DNA of 59,078 bases from an uncultured Candidatus Bathyarchaeia archaeon (GTDB taxonomy: Archaea > Thermoproteota > Bathyarchaeia > 40CM-2-53-6 > JALHTG01): contig CAZVYD010000003.1 in the NCBI GenBank assembly GCA_964631575.1, forward strand, positions 1 through 59,078, written 5' to 3'. This document shows positions 20,070-28,055 of the stretch, piece after piece (the stretch's first letter is position 1; every line of letters begins with the position of its first letter). Both the position numbers and the translations under genes were made by a program. Under the pieces are notes generated by a model that had not been told where the DNA came from, ran no database searches, and worked only from the letters and a program-made list of their open reading frames with translations.

Positions 20070-20357
20070 GTGATGTTGGTGCTTGAAGAGATCTCTGAAG
20101 CTCTTCAAGATGGCAGATGGCACGGCGAGGAAGAGATAGCTCAAGCCATGAATCTCTCCCCCGGCCTTGTTCGAAAGGTTGTTAGGTTTCTTGCCAAATA
20201 TGGGTTGGTGGAGTCTCGGGTTTTTGCTGAGAAAAAGTTCAGATGGCTTAAGGACGCTCCAGGACTACCTGAAGCTCTGATGATTGTAAAAGTCGTGAGC
20301 TTGGAGCCGATGCAGACTTGTTCTGCGATAGCCTCAAAGTTGGAAAGACAAAGGTAA
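20070..20357 (+). CDS. small winged-helix protein
   Basis: L.DGRWH..EEIA..MNLS...V.KVVRFLAKYGLVE pattern. Confidence 0.7.
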   Translation: MMLVLEEISEALQDGRWHGEEEIAQAMNLSPGLVRKVVRFLAKYGLVESRVFAEKKFRWLKDAPGLPEALMIVKVVSLEPMQTCSAIASKLERQR

Positions 20358-20407
20358 CATGTTCTAAGGACTCCTTACTCTAGGCAACTTGTGTTGAGGT
20401 TGAAACA

Positions 20408-20758
20408 GTGAGCACTCTAGGCGAGGACATCCGTCAGGACAATCTGAGGTCGCCTGCAAGGAAGAATAGGAACAGGTTCGAGATCTCTCAAGCCATACTT
20501 GAGGTCGCAAGAGAGGGAGCCGGCAAGACAAGGATAATGTACCGCGCCAACCTGAGCTTCAAGCTTCTGGAAGATTACCTGGCAGTTCTTGTAAGATCAG
20601 GCTTGCTCAAGGTGAAGGAAGGAGAAAGAAGAGTCTACATGACAAGTGAGAAGGGGCTGCAGTTTCTTAGAGAATTTGAGGATCTCGAACAGCATACGGC
20701 ACTAGTTACGGCAAAGAGAGACAATCTTGCTAAGATGCTTGAAAAGGGAACTTCGTAG
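20408..20758 (+). CDS. archaeal winged-helix transcription regulator
   Basis: RNRFEI..AIL...GAGKTRIMYRANLS..LLEDYL..L...GLL...Y.TSEKG..FL. Confidence 0.88.
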   Translation: MSTLGEDIRQDNLRSPARKNRNRFEISQAILEVAREGAGKTRIMYRANLSFKLLEDYLAVLVRSGLLKVKEGERRVYMTSEKGLQFLREFEDLEQHTALVTAKRDNLAKMLEKGTS

Positions 20759-21060
20759 GATCCCTGAGTTTGCAGCCAGAATAGGACTGTCAGCAAAATT
20801 CTTCGACTTGCTTTCGGTTCGCTACCACCGCAACGAAGGGCCTCTAGCAGACGAATTGAAAGACCAAGGGCGCCCTGAAAGTTCTGGAGAATGGCTGTAA
20901 GAAACGGTTTGAGCGACACTTTCTGATAGAACGGAAGACCTGTGTTCTACAGGATCGAATCTCAGATTTCATTTATCGTGCCTACTTTGCAAACTAGTCC
21001 ATCCTAGCTTCCGAACTCCCATGAATTAGCAAAGAAGGAGGAAAAAAGAAAAAGAATGGA

Positions 21061-21360
21061 ATGAGCGCTTCAGAACGTCCGTCAGAAGGAAACGAACAAA
21101 TGCTGATTACAGCTCGACAGCTCTCGCTCTCAACTGTGTGGCATATGACGTCTCAGAAGATCAGGTTACGGGCAGATCGGGATCACATCGAGTCCTTACA
21201 GTCCCTCACGAAACTTCGATGCCTTGAGCACGGAGACATGGTAATGGCTCAAAAAAGGGACGGGAAGATTGTTTTCTGGTGTGGTTGCGTGATGGCGGGC
21301 AAGGTTCCTGAGAAGTTGGAGACGAACTTGAGACACAAAGTTGTCAACGTGAAGCGCTGA
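21061..21360 (+). CDS. hypothetical protein with a possible Zn site
   Basis: CLEH...WCGC; purine-rich leader upstream. Confidence 0.45.
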   Translation: MSASERPSEGNEQMLITARQLSLSTVWHMTSQKIRLRADRDHIESLQSLTKLRCLEHGDMVMAQKRDGKIVFWCGCVMAGKVPEKLETNLRHKVVNVKR

Positions 21361-21396
21361 GAACCTTAAGCCGGCTTCTTGAACTGAAAGATTCTC

Positions 21397-21810
21397 TCAG
21401 TAATTCGTCGTCAGCCTCCTTGAGGCTGAATCTCTGACTTTTCTAATGCAGTGCAGCAGGCTGGTTTTCTTGAAGACATTAGGGTTGAGGCCCATCTCTA
21501 TGCATATGGCTTGTTTGATGAAATTCTCTATGATTCTTGCTCCTTCACCAAACATGTCTCGCAGGGCTTCTATGAAGCGTTCAGGTTTCTTTGGGATTTC
21601 TGGCCTACTTAATGAGTATCTTCTATCGAGGTTGTAGAGTGTTACTTGAGCGAAATCTTCTCCCATAAGGGAGAGTCCATGCTCCATGGCAGCACAGAGA
21701 GCGTTCTCAAGGTCATGAATCTGAGGGTTGCGTGAGCTATTGGACTGTGGCCTTTCCTTGGTGAGAAGAATCGTAGAGTAGCTGGAACGCGAACGGAATA
21801 GGGTCTCCAT
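21397..21810 (-). CDS. DUF3227/NitrOD5-like protein, paralogue E
   Basis: AMEHGLSLMGEDFAQVTLYNL.RRYSL..PEIPKKPERFIEALRDMFGEGARIIENFI. Confidence 0.82.
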   Translation of the reverse strand: METLFRSRSSYSTILLTKERPQSNSSRNPQIHDLENALCAAMEHGLSLMGEDFAQVTLYNLDRRYSLSRPEIPKKPERFIEALRDMFGEGARIIENFIKQAICIEMGLNPNVFKKTSLLHCIRKVRDSASRRLTTNY

Positions 21811-22170
21811 GAAGGTCGTCTCCTTCGTAGCCCGCTATTATATCGGCTGGCGATATAATAATGTTCCGCCTTTGGTACATGCGTGTTTCATGCATGTTCA
21901 TGGACATGCCTACGAGATTGCCTAGCATCATGCTGATTGCAGTCACAACGGTACTGGGTGTCTCACTAAGCTACGAAGAAAACGCCCAGAACTGGAGTCA
22001 CAACGAGTTGCATCATGTTGAGGTCTTTTCTATGTCACCCTTTAGGTACACATTGACTCGCCTGCGTTCGGAGCCTGTGATCATTCAATTGAACGTTTCT
22101 TGATCATAGCCATCGTCGTAACAAGCCAAAACAAGGGCATCACAAAAGAACCGGCATGCAGTTTCTCTTC

Positions 22171-23145
22171 TCATGAGTATTTTACCATTGAGATAAGTGT
22201 GAGAAGCATCAAAGCCGCGTAGGTTGCAAGAAAGGTGTTCAGAAAGATCAGAAAGTTGCGGCTCCCCAAGAGCTGCAGGACGTATTCAAGCGGAGGGCTC
22301 TGCCCTGCAGGAACCATAGCTTTCGGAAGATGATATATCACGGGTCTAAGCCCACTTCCCCGACCGCCGGACAGAACAACGCTTGGAACCGCGCTTCCGT
22401 GAGAAATCAAGCCGTCTAGCTGATCCCATTCTGTACTTCTGCTCGACTCATTCAGAAGCGCGAGCCGATTCGGATCTTTCAGGAATATCTCCACAAGACC
22501 GGACTCCTTCTCTAGAAAAGGTGGTGTCTCTGTCCTCAGGGCTCTGACTTCAGGAACCGAGGAATAGTTCAGGTTGCTCACGAGCCTGCCTTTAGTCAAA
22601 ACGTAGAAGGCTGCGCCTCTCCTCTTCACATACTGATCACTAGCTTCGACACAGCTTCGCGAAACTAAGTGCCCGACTACCAAGCGCCTCGGAGAAGCGT
22701 TGATTATAACGTGGCCTCTGCCTGGCGGGGCCAGAACCTTCTCTCCTTCCTTGGCAATCAGAAGTGTGACATTATCCACTTCTTCTCCACATTGTTTCTG
22801 CACCAAGAACTCTGCCTCTCCCTCAAGCACCTCGAAGATTTCAGCATGAGAACCTGCCTCTTCGAAGGGCAGATGGTAATGGCCCAAAGTCTTCACATAT
22901 TCCTCCCCCAGCATGAGCGGAGGCATAACAGTTACATCGTATCGCAAACCGTTCTTCCGAAGAAGATCTTTCGCTTCATCATCGCAACAGTCGCGATACG
23001 TCTCATATGCTGGTACGTCCAAGCCAAAATTCCGAAGACACTTCGTGTCGTAGAGAACCGGCTCTAGCTCTCTGAGTCGGCAAACCTGATGCAGCCCAGC
23101 CTGCGTTAGGGCGCCCAGACCTCGAATTTCAAGCACCGGATACAT
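22171..23145 (-). CDS. cupin-type glucose-6-phosphate isomerase family protein with a C-terminal nucleotidyltransferase-like remnant and TM helix
   Basis: LRYDVTV, EYVKTLGHYH, EIFEVLEG, PPGRGHVIIN and GAAFY; cupin metal ligands H,H,E,H present. Confidence 0.82.
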   Translation of the reverse strand: MYPVLEIRGLGALTQAGLHQVCRLRELEPVLYDTKCLRNFGLDVPAYETYRDCCDDEAKDLLRKNGLRYDVTVMPPLMLGEEYVKTLGHYHLPFEEAGSHAEIFEVLEGEAEFLVQKQCGEEVDNVTLLIAKEGEKVLAPPGRGHVIINASPRRLVVGHLVSRSCVEASDQYVKRRGAAFYVLTKGRLVSNLNYSSVPEVRALRTETPPFLEKESGLVEIFLKDPNRLALLNESSRSTEWDQLDGLISHGSAVPSVVLSGGRGSGLRPVIYHLPKAMVPAGQSPPLEYVLQLLGSRNFLIFLNTFLATYAALMLLTLISMVKYS

Positions 23146-23154
23146 CTAAGACCT

Positions 23155-23430
23155 TCAAGGCTCTGTTCTGAATCGAGGCGCCTTGCCCTCGCAGGGCGAT
23201 TCCTTAGAGCCAGACGCAGGTGAAGCTTCGAACTCTATCGGCTTTGGTGGAGGCCTCGTCGTCTTAGTCAAGCCGATCCATGCAGGAATGACCAGAACCG
23301 CGGCCACGGCAAGGAAAGCTCTCGCCAGCGACACAACAGCAGAGAATTCATAGATCAGCCATACATGTGCAGCTATTCCCGTAACGCTGCCAAAGAGAAT
23401 CCGGGAACCAATCCCTTGGTCCCTATTCAA
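23155..23430 (-). CDS. small two-TM membrane protein
   Basis: Two hydrophobic segments; GAGGTG before the TTG start; ends 9 nt upstream of the PGI gene. Confidence 0.6.
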   Translation of the reverse strand: MNRDQGIGSRILFGSVTGIAAHVWLIYEFSAVVSLARAFLAVAAVLVIPAWIGLTKTTRPPPKPIEFEASPASGSKESPCEGKAPRFRTEP

Positions 23431-23751
23431 GGCACCTCACTTCAGTACTTGCCCTTGGATTTATCGGACAGTTAATGATACATAAAGCTAACCCAACCCC
23501 AAAGATAACACAAAGACTTTCTTGTTGAGATAGCACCGAGAAGCGTTGCGCGGAAGACCCAGAAGATTAGCCAGTTGCCTTTGCGACGGATGTGAAACAC
23601 AAGTTTAGCATTTCCCAAAACCACGAGAGTTTTAGGCAACGAGGAGCCTGTCTTAGAAAGAAACAGAAGTCCTATCTCGCAATCCATCTTGAGAGAGGCT
23701 CAGCAATTACATAGCGGAATTCGGACATCCGAGAAATTGTCTCTCTTTGTA

Positions 23752-23891
23752 GGGACACTGGTGTGTTGCACGTGCTGCCCGAAGTTCTAGAAAAAGCGGC
23801 ACGAAATGTCTGTCCAAAGGGGGCAGACAACAGCTAATTAGTTGCCGGCGCCCTCCGAGGCTGTGGCTTCACGGGTCGGTCCAGTGAGCCC
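23752..23891 (+). other. candidate structured RNA element (multi-stem)
   Basis: Closing stem GGGACACTGG/CCAGTGAGCCC encloses CGTGCTGC/GCGGCACG, TGTCTGTCC/GGGCAGACA and CCGA-CTGTG/CACGG-TCGG. Confidence 0.3.
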
Positions 23892-23912
23892 CAACCAGGA
23901 GCGGCGCCAGCA

Positions 23913-25118
23913 CTGACTTGGTTACGGGTCGGTATAGATAAGATCTTCCAAGTTGCCATTCTCGTAGTTATCACGATACCTTTGGCTCAATTGACTTTGG
24001 AGAAATCTGTTTCAACTGGGCAGAGCGTTTTCGTTTACACCAATCAGAGCCAGATGCCATTCAACAGTGACCTAGATTCTGCCATTTTCGCAGCAGCTCT
24101 TCGCGAGGCCGAATACATTCGAAAGTGTGTGACGATTGATGGCGCGATAAACATGGTTCCTGTGCTTGATCTAGGGAAGGATGCCTTCGTAAGACCTTAC
24201 TTCTCGGTATATGCTTCGATAGGGTTAGATGTCGCAGCCCTGTTGGTCAAGGGACATGATCGACAAAGAGCACTCGAGTACGTTCAGCTATCTGACAGCT
24301 TTTACTCCTGGTACGTATCTCACATGAATCCTGATGGCTCAATAGATGACTTCACGAAGGGCACACTGGCTACTCCGAAGCCCAGCGGCGACGCGGACTC
24401 TGAAGACGCATATGCAGGTATCTTCTTGTATGGCGCATACGTTCACCTTAAGGTGACTCAACAAATCGACCAGAAGACCGCGGAGGGTTTTCTCAAGAGA
24501 GTAGAGCCACATCTGAGGAAAGCAGCAAATCTCATAGTGTCACTCCAGGCGCATGATGGATTAACCATCGCCAAGAAGAACTACCCCATCCAGTACCTCA
24601 TGGACAACTTGGAAGCATACGCCGGATTGATCGCGCTGCAACGACTTGGTCTCTTTGGGTTTGAACAATACGCAGGGAGAATAGCAACAGCAGTCAACAG
24701 AAACCTTTGGCTCGAGAAGAAGTATTATGCTTGGGCTAGAGATCCACGCAACGGCGTCACATCCAGTGGCTGGATCAAGTGGTACCCAGACAAACTGGCT
24801 AACACTTGGGCCACGTACTTTAGCTTCATACCGCCTGAGCGAAAGGCTGTTCTTTACTCGGCGCTGAAAGCGGAGTTTTCTGACCCCGCGTCAGCATACT
24901 CGACTCTTGGACCTGAAGTAGTGTATCTAGCTGTGGCGTCTCTGGCTCAACGTGATACTCCGACAGCTGACGGCTACATGAGAGAGATATTGAAGCATCA
25001 AGATCAAGAAGGAGGATTTCGAGATCTGCATGGGTACACTCATATATCTGGTTGGTTCATCACAGCCGCCGGATTACGCCTAGCTTGGAACGATCTGGCA
25101 GAAATCATCTTCACGTGA
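23913..25118 (+). CDS. secreted (alpha/alpha)6-barrel glycoside-hydrolase-like protein; extended to a probable CTG start at 23913 (ORF track starts 23982)
   Basis: In-frame upstream extension encodes a signal/TM segment (KIFQVAILVVITIPLAQ); DSEDAYAG.FL, YLMDN.E and Q..DG/Q..EGG helical-barrel repeats. Confidence 0.6.
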   Translation: MTWLRVGIDKIFQVAILVVITIPLAQLTLEKSVSTGQSVFVYTNQSQMPFNSDLDSAIFAAALREAEYIRKCVTIDGAINMVPVLDLGKDAFVRPYFSVYASIGLDVAALLVKGHDRQRALEYVQLSDSFYSWYVSHMNPDGSIDDFTKGTLATPKPSGDADSEDAYAGIFLYGAYVHLKVTQQIDQKTAEGFLKRVEPHLRKAANLIVSLQAHDGLTIAKKNYPIQYLMDNLEAYAGLIALQRLGLFGFEQYAGRIATAVNRNLWLEKKYYAWARDPRNGVTSSGWIKWYPDKLANTWATYFSFIPPERKAVLYSALKAEFSDPASAYSTLGPEVVYLAVASLAQRDTPTADGYMREILKHQDQEGGFRDLHGYTHISGWFITAAGLRLAWNDLAEIIFT

Positions 25119-25317
25119 GCACGAATATGTGGTCCCAAGAGAGTTATTTTCTCCGCTCCCGCTGCTTCTTTCCCAGTGACAACAGCACTCATCTTGTTTT
25201 ATCGCCAAACGTTCTGTCAGATGAGATTCAGCAAGTGGAACCAATGCGGGGGAAGGTTCTAGACAGAACCTGTCATGGCTGAGAATATGCAGACTTGCTT
25301 GTGGCGAGGTAGAACAT

Positions 25318-26565
25318 ATGAGCACAGGAACCAAATACAAATTTCCCCGCTTCAAGATGTTGAGTTTCGCTTTTCCGATAGTCGTTGTTCTAACTTCTCT
25401 TCTCATTCTTCCTCCCCTGTGGGGAGGAAGCACCGGAGTCCCTGAAGCATACTACCAGTTCATAATGGATCATGCGCCTCATGTCTATGTTACCCCCGGG
25501 GTAGGCACAGACTCGTGTTGGGGCCGCGCTGCGTTTGCCGCAGCCTTCGCAATAGACTTCCTTCACAGAGCATACTCTCATACGCAATTTGTGACACGGA
25601 GATTTGCCATTCACAATATGATAGTGACTCTAGCAGACTTCATCCTGAGTCAGCAATTCGTATCGGACACTTCGAGAATACAATATGGCGGCTTTCGAAG
25701 TAGCGAAACAAGCCAGTATTTCTACAGCGTTGACGCTGCTCGAATCATACCTGCCCTGATAAGGGCATATGACTTGACCGGACGATCCTCTTACCTGAAT
25801 GCTGCAAGATTGGCTGGATCTACGTTCCTCTACGCGATGCAGAATCCTCCGGTGCCCAGTATTGTCGACAAGTACTACGGAGGTTTCGTGCGTGGGGTCA
25901 ACATAGCAGAAGGAAGCTCTGGTAGTGCGGAACTTTGGCTCACTCAGATGGATGTCGAGAATCTGTACGCGCTGATCGGCTTGAAGATGCTTATTGATTA
26001 TGATCCCGTAAACCAGGTCAAATATGAGAAAATGATGTTGGATGCCATAGGCTTTCTGCGCTCTGGGTTTGAGAGGCTATACCTCTACTATGATCCGCCT
26101 CCAACTGGTAAAGGAAAGTGGCGTAGGGTTGGTTTGGGTGAGAATGAGATCTATGATGATTCGATTGCTTATGCCCTACTCGGGGTCTATGAGTTTGAAG
26201 GATGGAGCACAACGGTGCAGAGAGTCTACAACTCCATAAACACGATTACCCCCTCCAAGGATCATCCATCATATAATCCCGCAATATGCTGGGCAGGCTA
26301 CATAGATGTAATTAGCCGCCTTCCAGCATGCGACTATTACGATGCAGTGACCGCAGGAATCTTGTGGAAGATTCGGAAGAATCACGACAAGGTAAACCTC
26401 GATCTCAGCATAAGAATCATCAGAGAACACGTGGAGCAATTCATGTTCTGGGGAGTGAGGTTCTCCGATTTCAGCTGCGTCGATACGAAACAGTCGATGG
26501 CATCAATTTGCTGGCTTTCGCTACTATTCCTAGAGTATCAGAATCCAATCGTTTGGTTCACGTAG
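25318..26565 (+). CDS. secreted (alpha/alpha)-barrel protein, glycoside-hydrolase-like
   Basis: N-terminal TM; ADFILSQQ...YGGF and AL.RAY.LTG...YL.AA..A toroid motifs. Confidence 0.6.
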   Translation: MSTGTKYKFPRFKMLSFAFPIVVVLTSLLILPPLWGGSTGVPEAYYQFIMDHAPHVYVTPGVGTDSCWGRAAFAAAFAIDFLHRAYSHTQFVTRRFAIHNMIVTLADFILSQQFVSDTSRIQYGGFRSSETSQYFYSVDAARIIPALIRAYDLTGRSSYLNAARLAGSTFLYAMQNPPVPSIVDKYYGGFVRGVNIAEGSSGSAELWLTQMDVENLYALIGLKMLIDYDPVNQVKYEKMMLDAIGFLRSGFERLYLYYDPPPTGKGKWRRVGLGENEIYDDSIAYALLGVYEFEGWSTTVQRVYNSINTITPSKDHPSYNPAICWAGYIDVISRLPACDYYDAVTAGILWKIRKNHDKVNLDLSIRIIREHVEQFMFWGVRFSDFSCVDTKQSMASICWLSLLFLEYQNPIVWFT

Positions 26566-26724
26566 GCTAAGCTGGAGAGACGGGGCCAGATGGCCCTGTG
26601 CTCATCCCAGAGCGCCTTGCGCAGAGGTTCTTTCACCTGCGACGTGAGATGTCATGAAGAGTTCTAGGAAGCAGCATGTGGCATTGGTTGCGTCGATACC
26701 CACTGAAGCTGGCCCATGTCCCTT

Positions 26725-27996
26725 TCAATGAGATATCGTTAGCTTTCTCCTTGAAAGGAAGAAGAAGATGCCAATGACTGATGCGATGAAGAATACTCCT
26801 ATTGCCAGAAAGAGAGATCGTCTTGCCATCAGCACAGGTTGAGAGCCTTCAGCCTTCCAATTGACTCCCACAGTAATAGGCCTGTCCATCACTATTGTCA
26901 CCGTGCTGCTCGATGATGTCAAGTCTCCCTCCCACCGCACAAAAACCAGCCTTGTCAAGTCAGCAAGTACCACAATTGAGGCAACTGAAAGAGTAGCCGT
27001 CGCCCCATGATCATACCAACCTTCTCCCTTAGGATCGCCATACTGCGACTCCACCCTGAGGAGGTATTGGATCTTGTGCTTCGCTGTCACGTTCTTGGGG
27101 CCATTCATCAATACTGTTCCTACAGGAGACGCACCAGAATAGTCGCCACTCCACCCCGTAAACAAGTAACGGACTCCTCGGCCAAGATCTACTGACAATT
27201 GAGTCGTGAAAGTTGCAGTTGAACCCGAGTCGTACCATCCGGATCCCACCGGCTCTCCACGAGGTGAGCTGACGTTCAGGTAGTACTGAGCGGAATACTC
27301 GAAGGCATGGGAGCTTGCAGATGACACGTTCCAAGAGTTGCTCTTGGCTATATAACGTGTGCCGACATCTGCATCCATGAATGCGTCTACTGAGATCGTG
27401 TGATTTCCCGTGAGCAGGGCAGAGGATTTCCTTTCTCCGCCTCTTATAGTGCCTGCCTCAGCTCCGTCAATCATTATTCTTGCGACAAATCTTGGAGGAA
27501 GTCCTGATAGGCGGATGTTTGCCAAGTAGTCGCCCACAGTGAAGCGTTCCGTGAAGAGTAGGTAGGGGCCATGGTACATCTCCAACCTCCAAATCCCCGT
27601 GTTGTTCTGCACCATTCTCAGAACATCTGCTGAGAAAGTCCAGATGGCCGTATCTCCTCTCTTCTGAGCATCAAATTTCCTTATTCTGAACTGTACAAGT
27701 TTGTCATCCGGTCCGTAGAAACGACCGATGCCCACGACTTCCGGCAGGTCTGCAAGATACAGCATCTTCATGTAGCATTTTGCCCACGTTTCATTACTGA
27801 GGTAACCGTTGACCCTCGTGACAGGCTGAGACTCTGAATCCAGATCGCCTTTGTAGAAAGAGTAGTCCGTCACAAGGATCGGCTTGCTCTGTGCGTTGAC
27901 TGTGACAAGATTAGGGAGTTGAGCGACAAGAATGCTGAACAGGAGCAGACTGAAGATTATGCAATGCGATGAGTTCCTGGAGGATGTAGTCTTCAT
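26725..27996 (-). CDS. secreted, C-terminally anchored surface protein with two GxGWY beta repeats
   Basis: Signal peptide; repeats YxLxVxSxxGxPxGxGWY...WxGD...MxxP; C-terminal TM helix and RRK. Confidence 0.82.
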   Translation of the reverse strand: MKTTSSRNSSHCIIFSLLLFSILVAQLPNLVTVNAQSKPILVTDYSFYKGDLDSESQPVTRVNGYLSNETWAKCYMKMLYLADLPEVVGIGRFYGPDDKLVQFRIRKFDAQKRGDTAIWTFSADVLRMVQNNTGIWRLEMYHGPYLLFTERFTVGDYLANIRLSGLPPRFVARIMIDGAEAGTIRGGERKSSALLTGNHTISVDAFMDADVGTRYIAKSNSWNVSSASSHAFEYSAQYYLNVSSPRGEPVGSGWYDSGSTATFTTQLSVDLGRGVRYLFTGWSGDYSGASPVGTVLMNGPKNVTAKHKIQYLLRVESQYGDPKGEGWYDHGATATLSVASIVVLADLTRLVFVRWEGDLTSSSSTVTIVMDRPITVGVNWKAEGSQPVLMARRSLFLAIGVFFIASVIGIFFFLSRRKLTISH

Positions 27997-28055
27997 CGCT
28001 CAATCAAGCTCCTGTGTTGACTTGAGCTATTGACTCGCAAAAGCCGATGTCTTTT

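Noticed and set aside
19505-23687. Short intergenic ORFs 19505..19747, 19845..20048, 21737..21946, 21861..22103 and 23472..23687
   Set aside because: They have no recognisable motifs or convincing initiation signals, so I cannot support them as genes.
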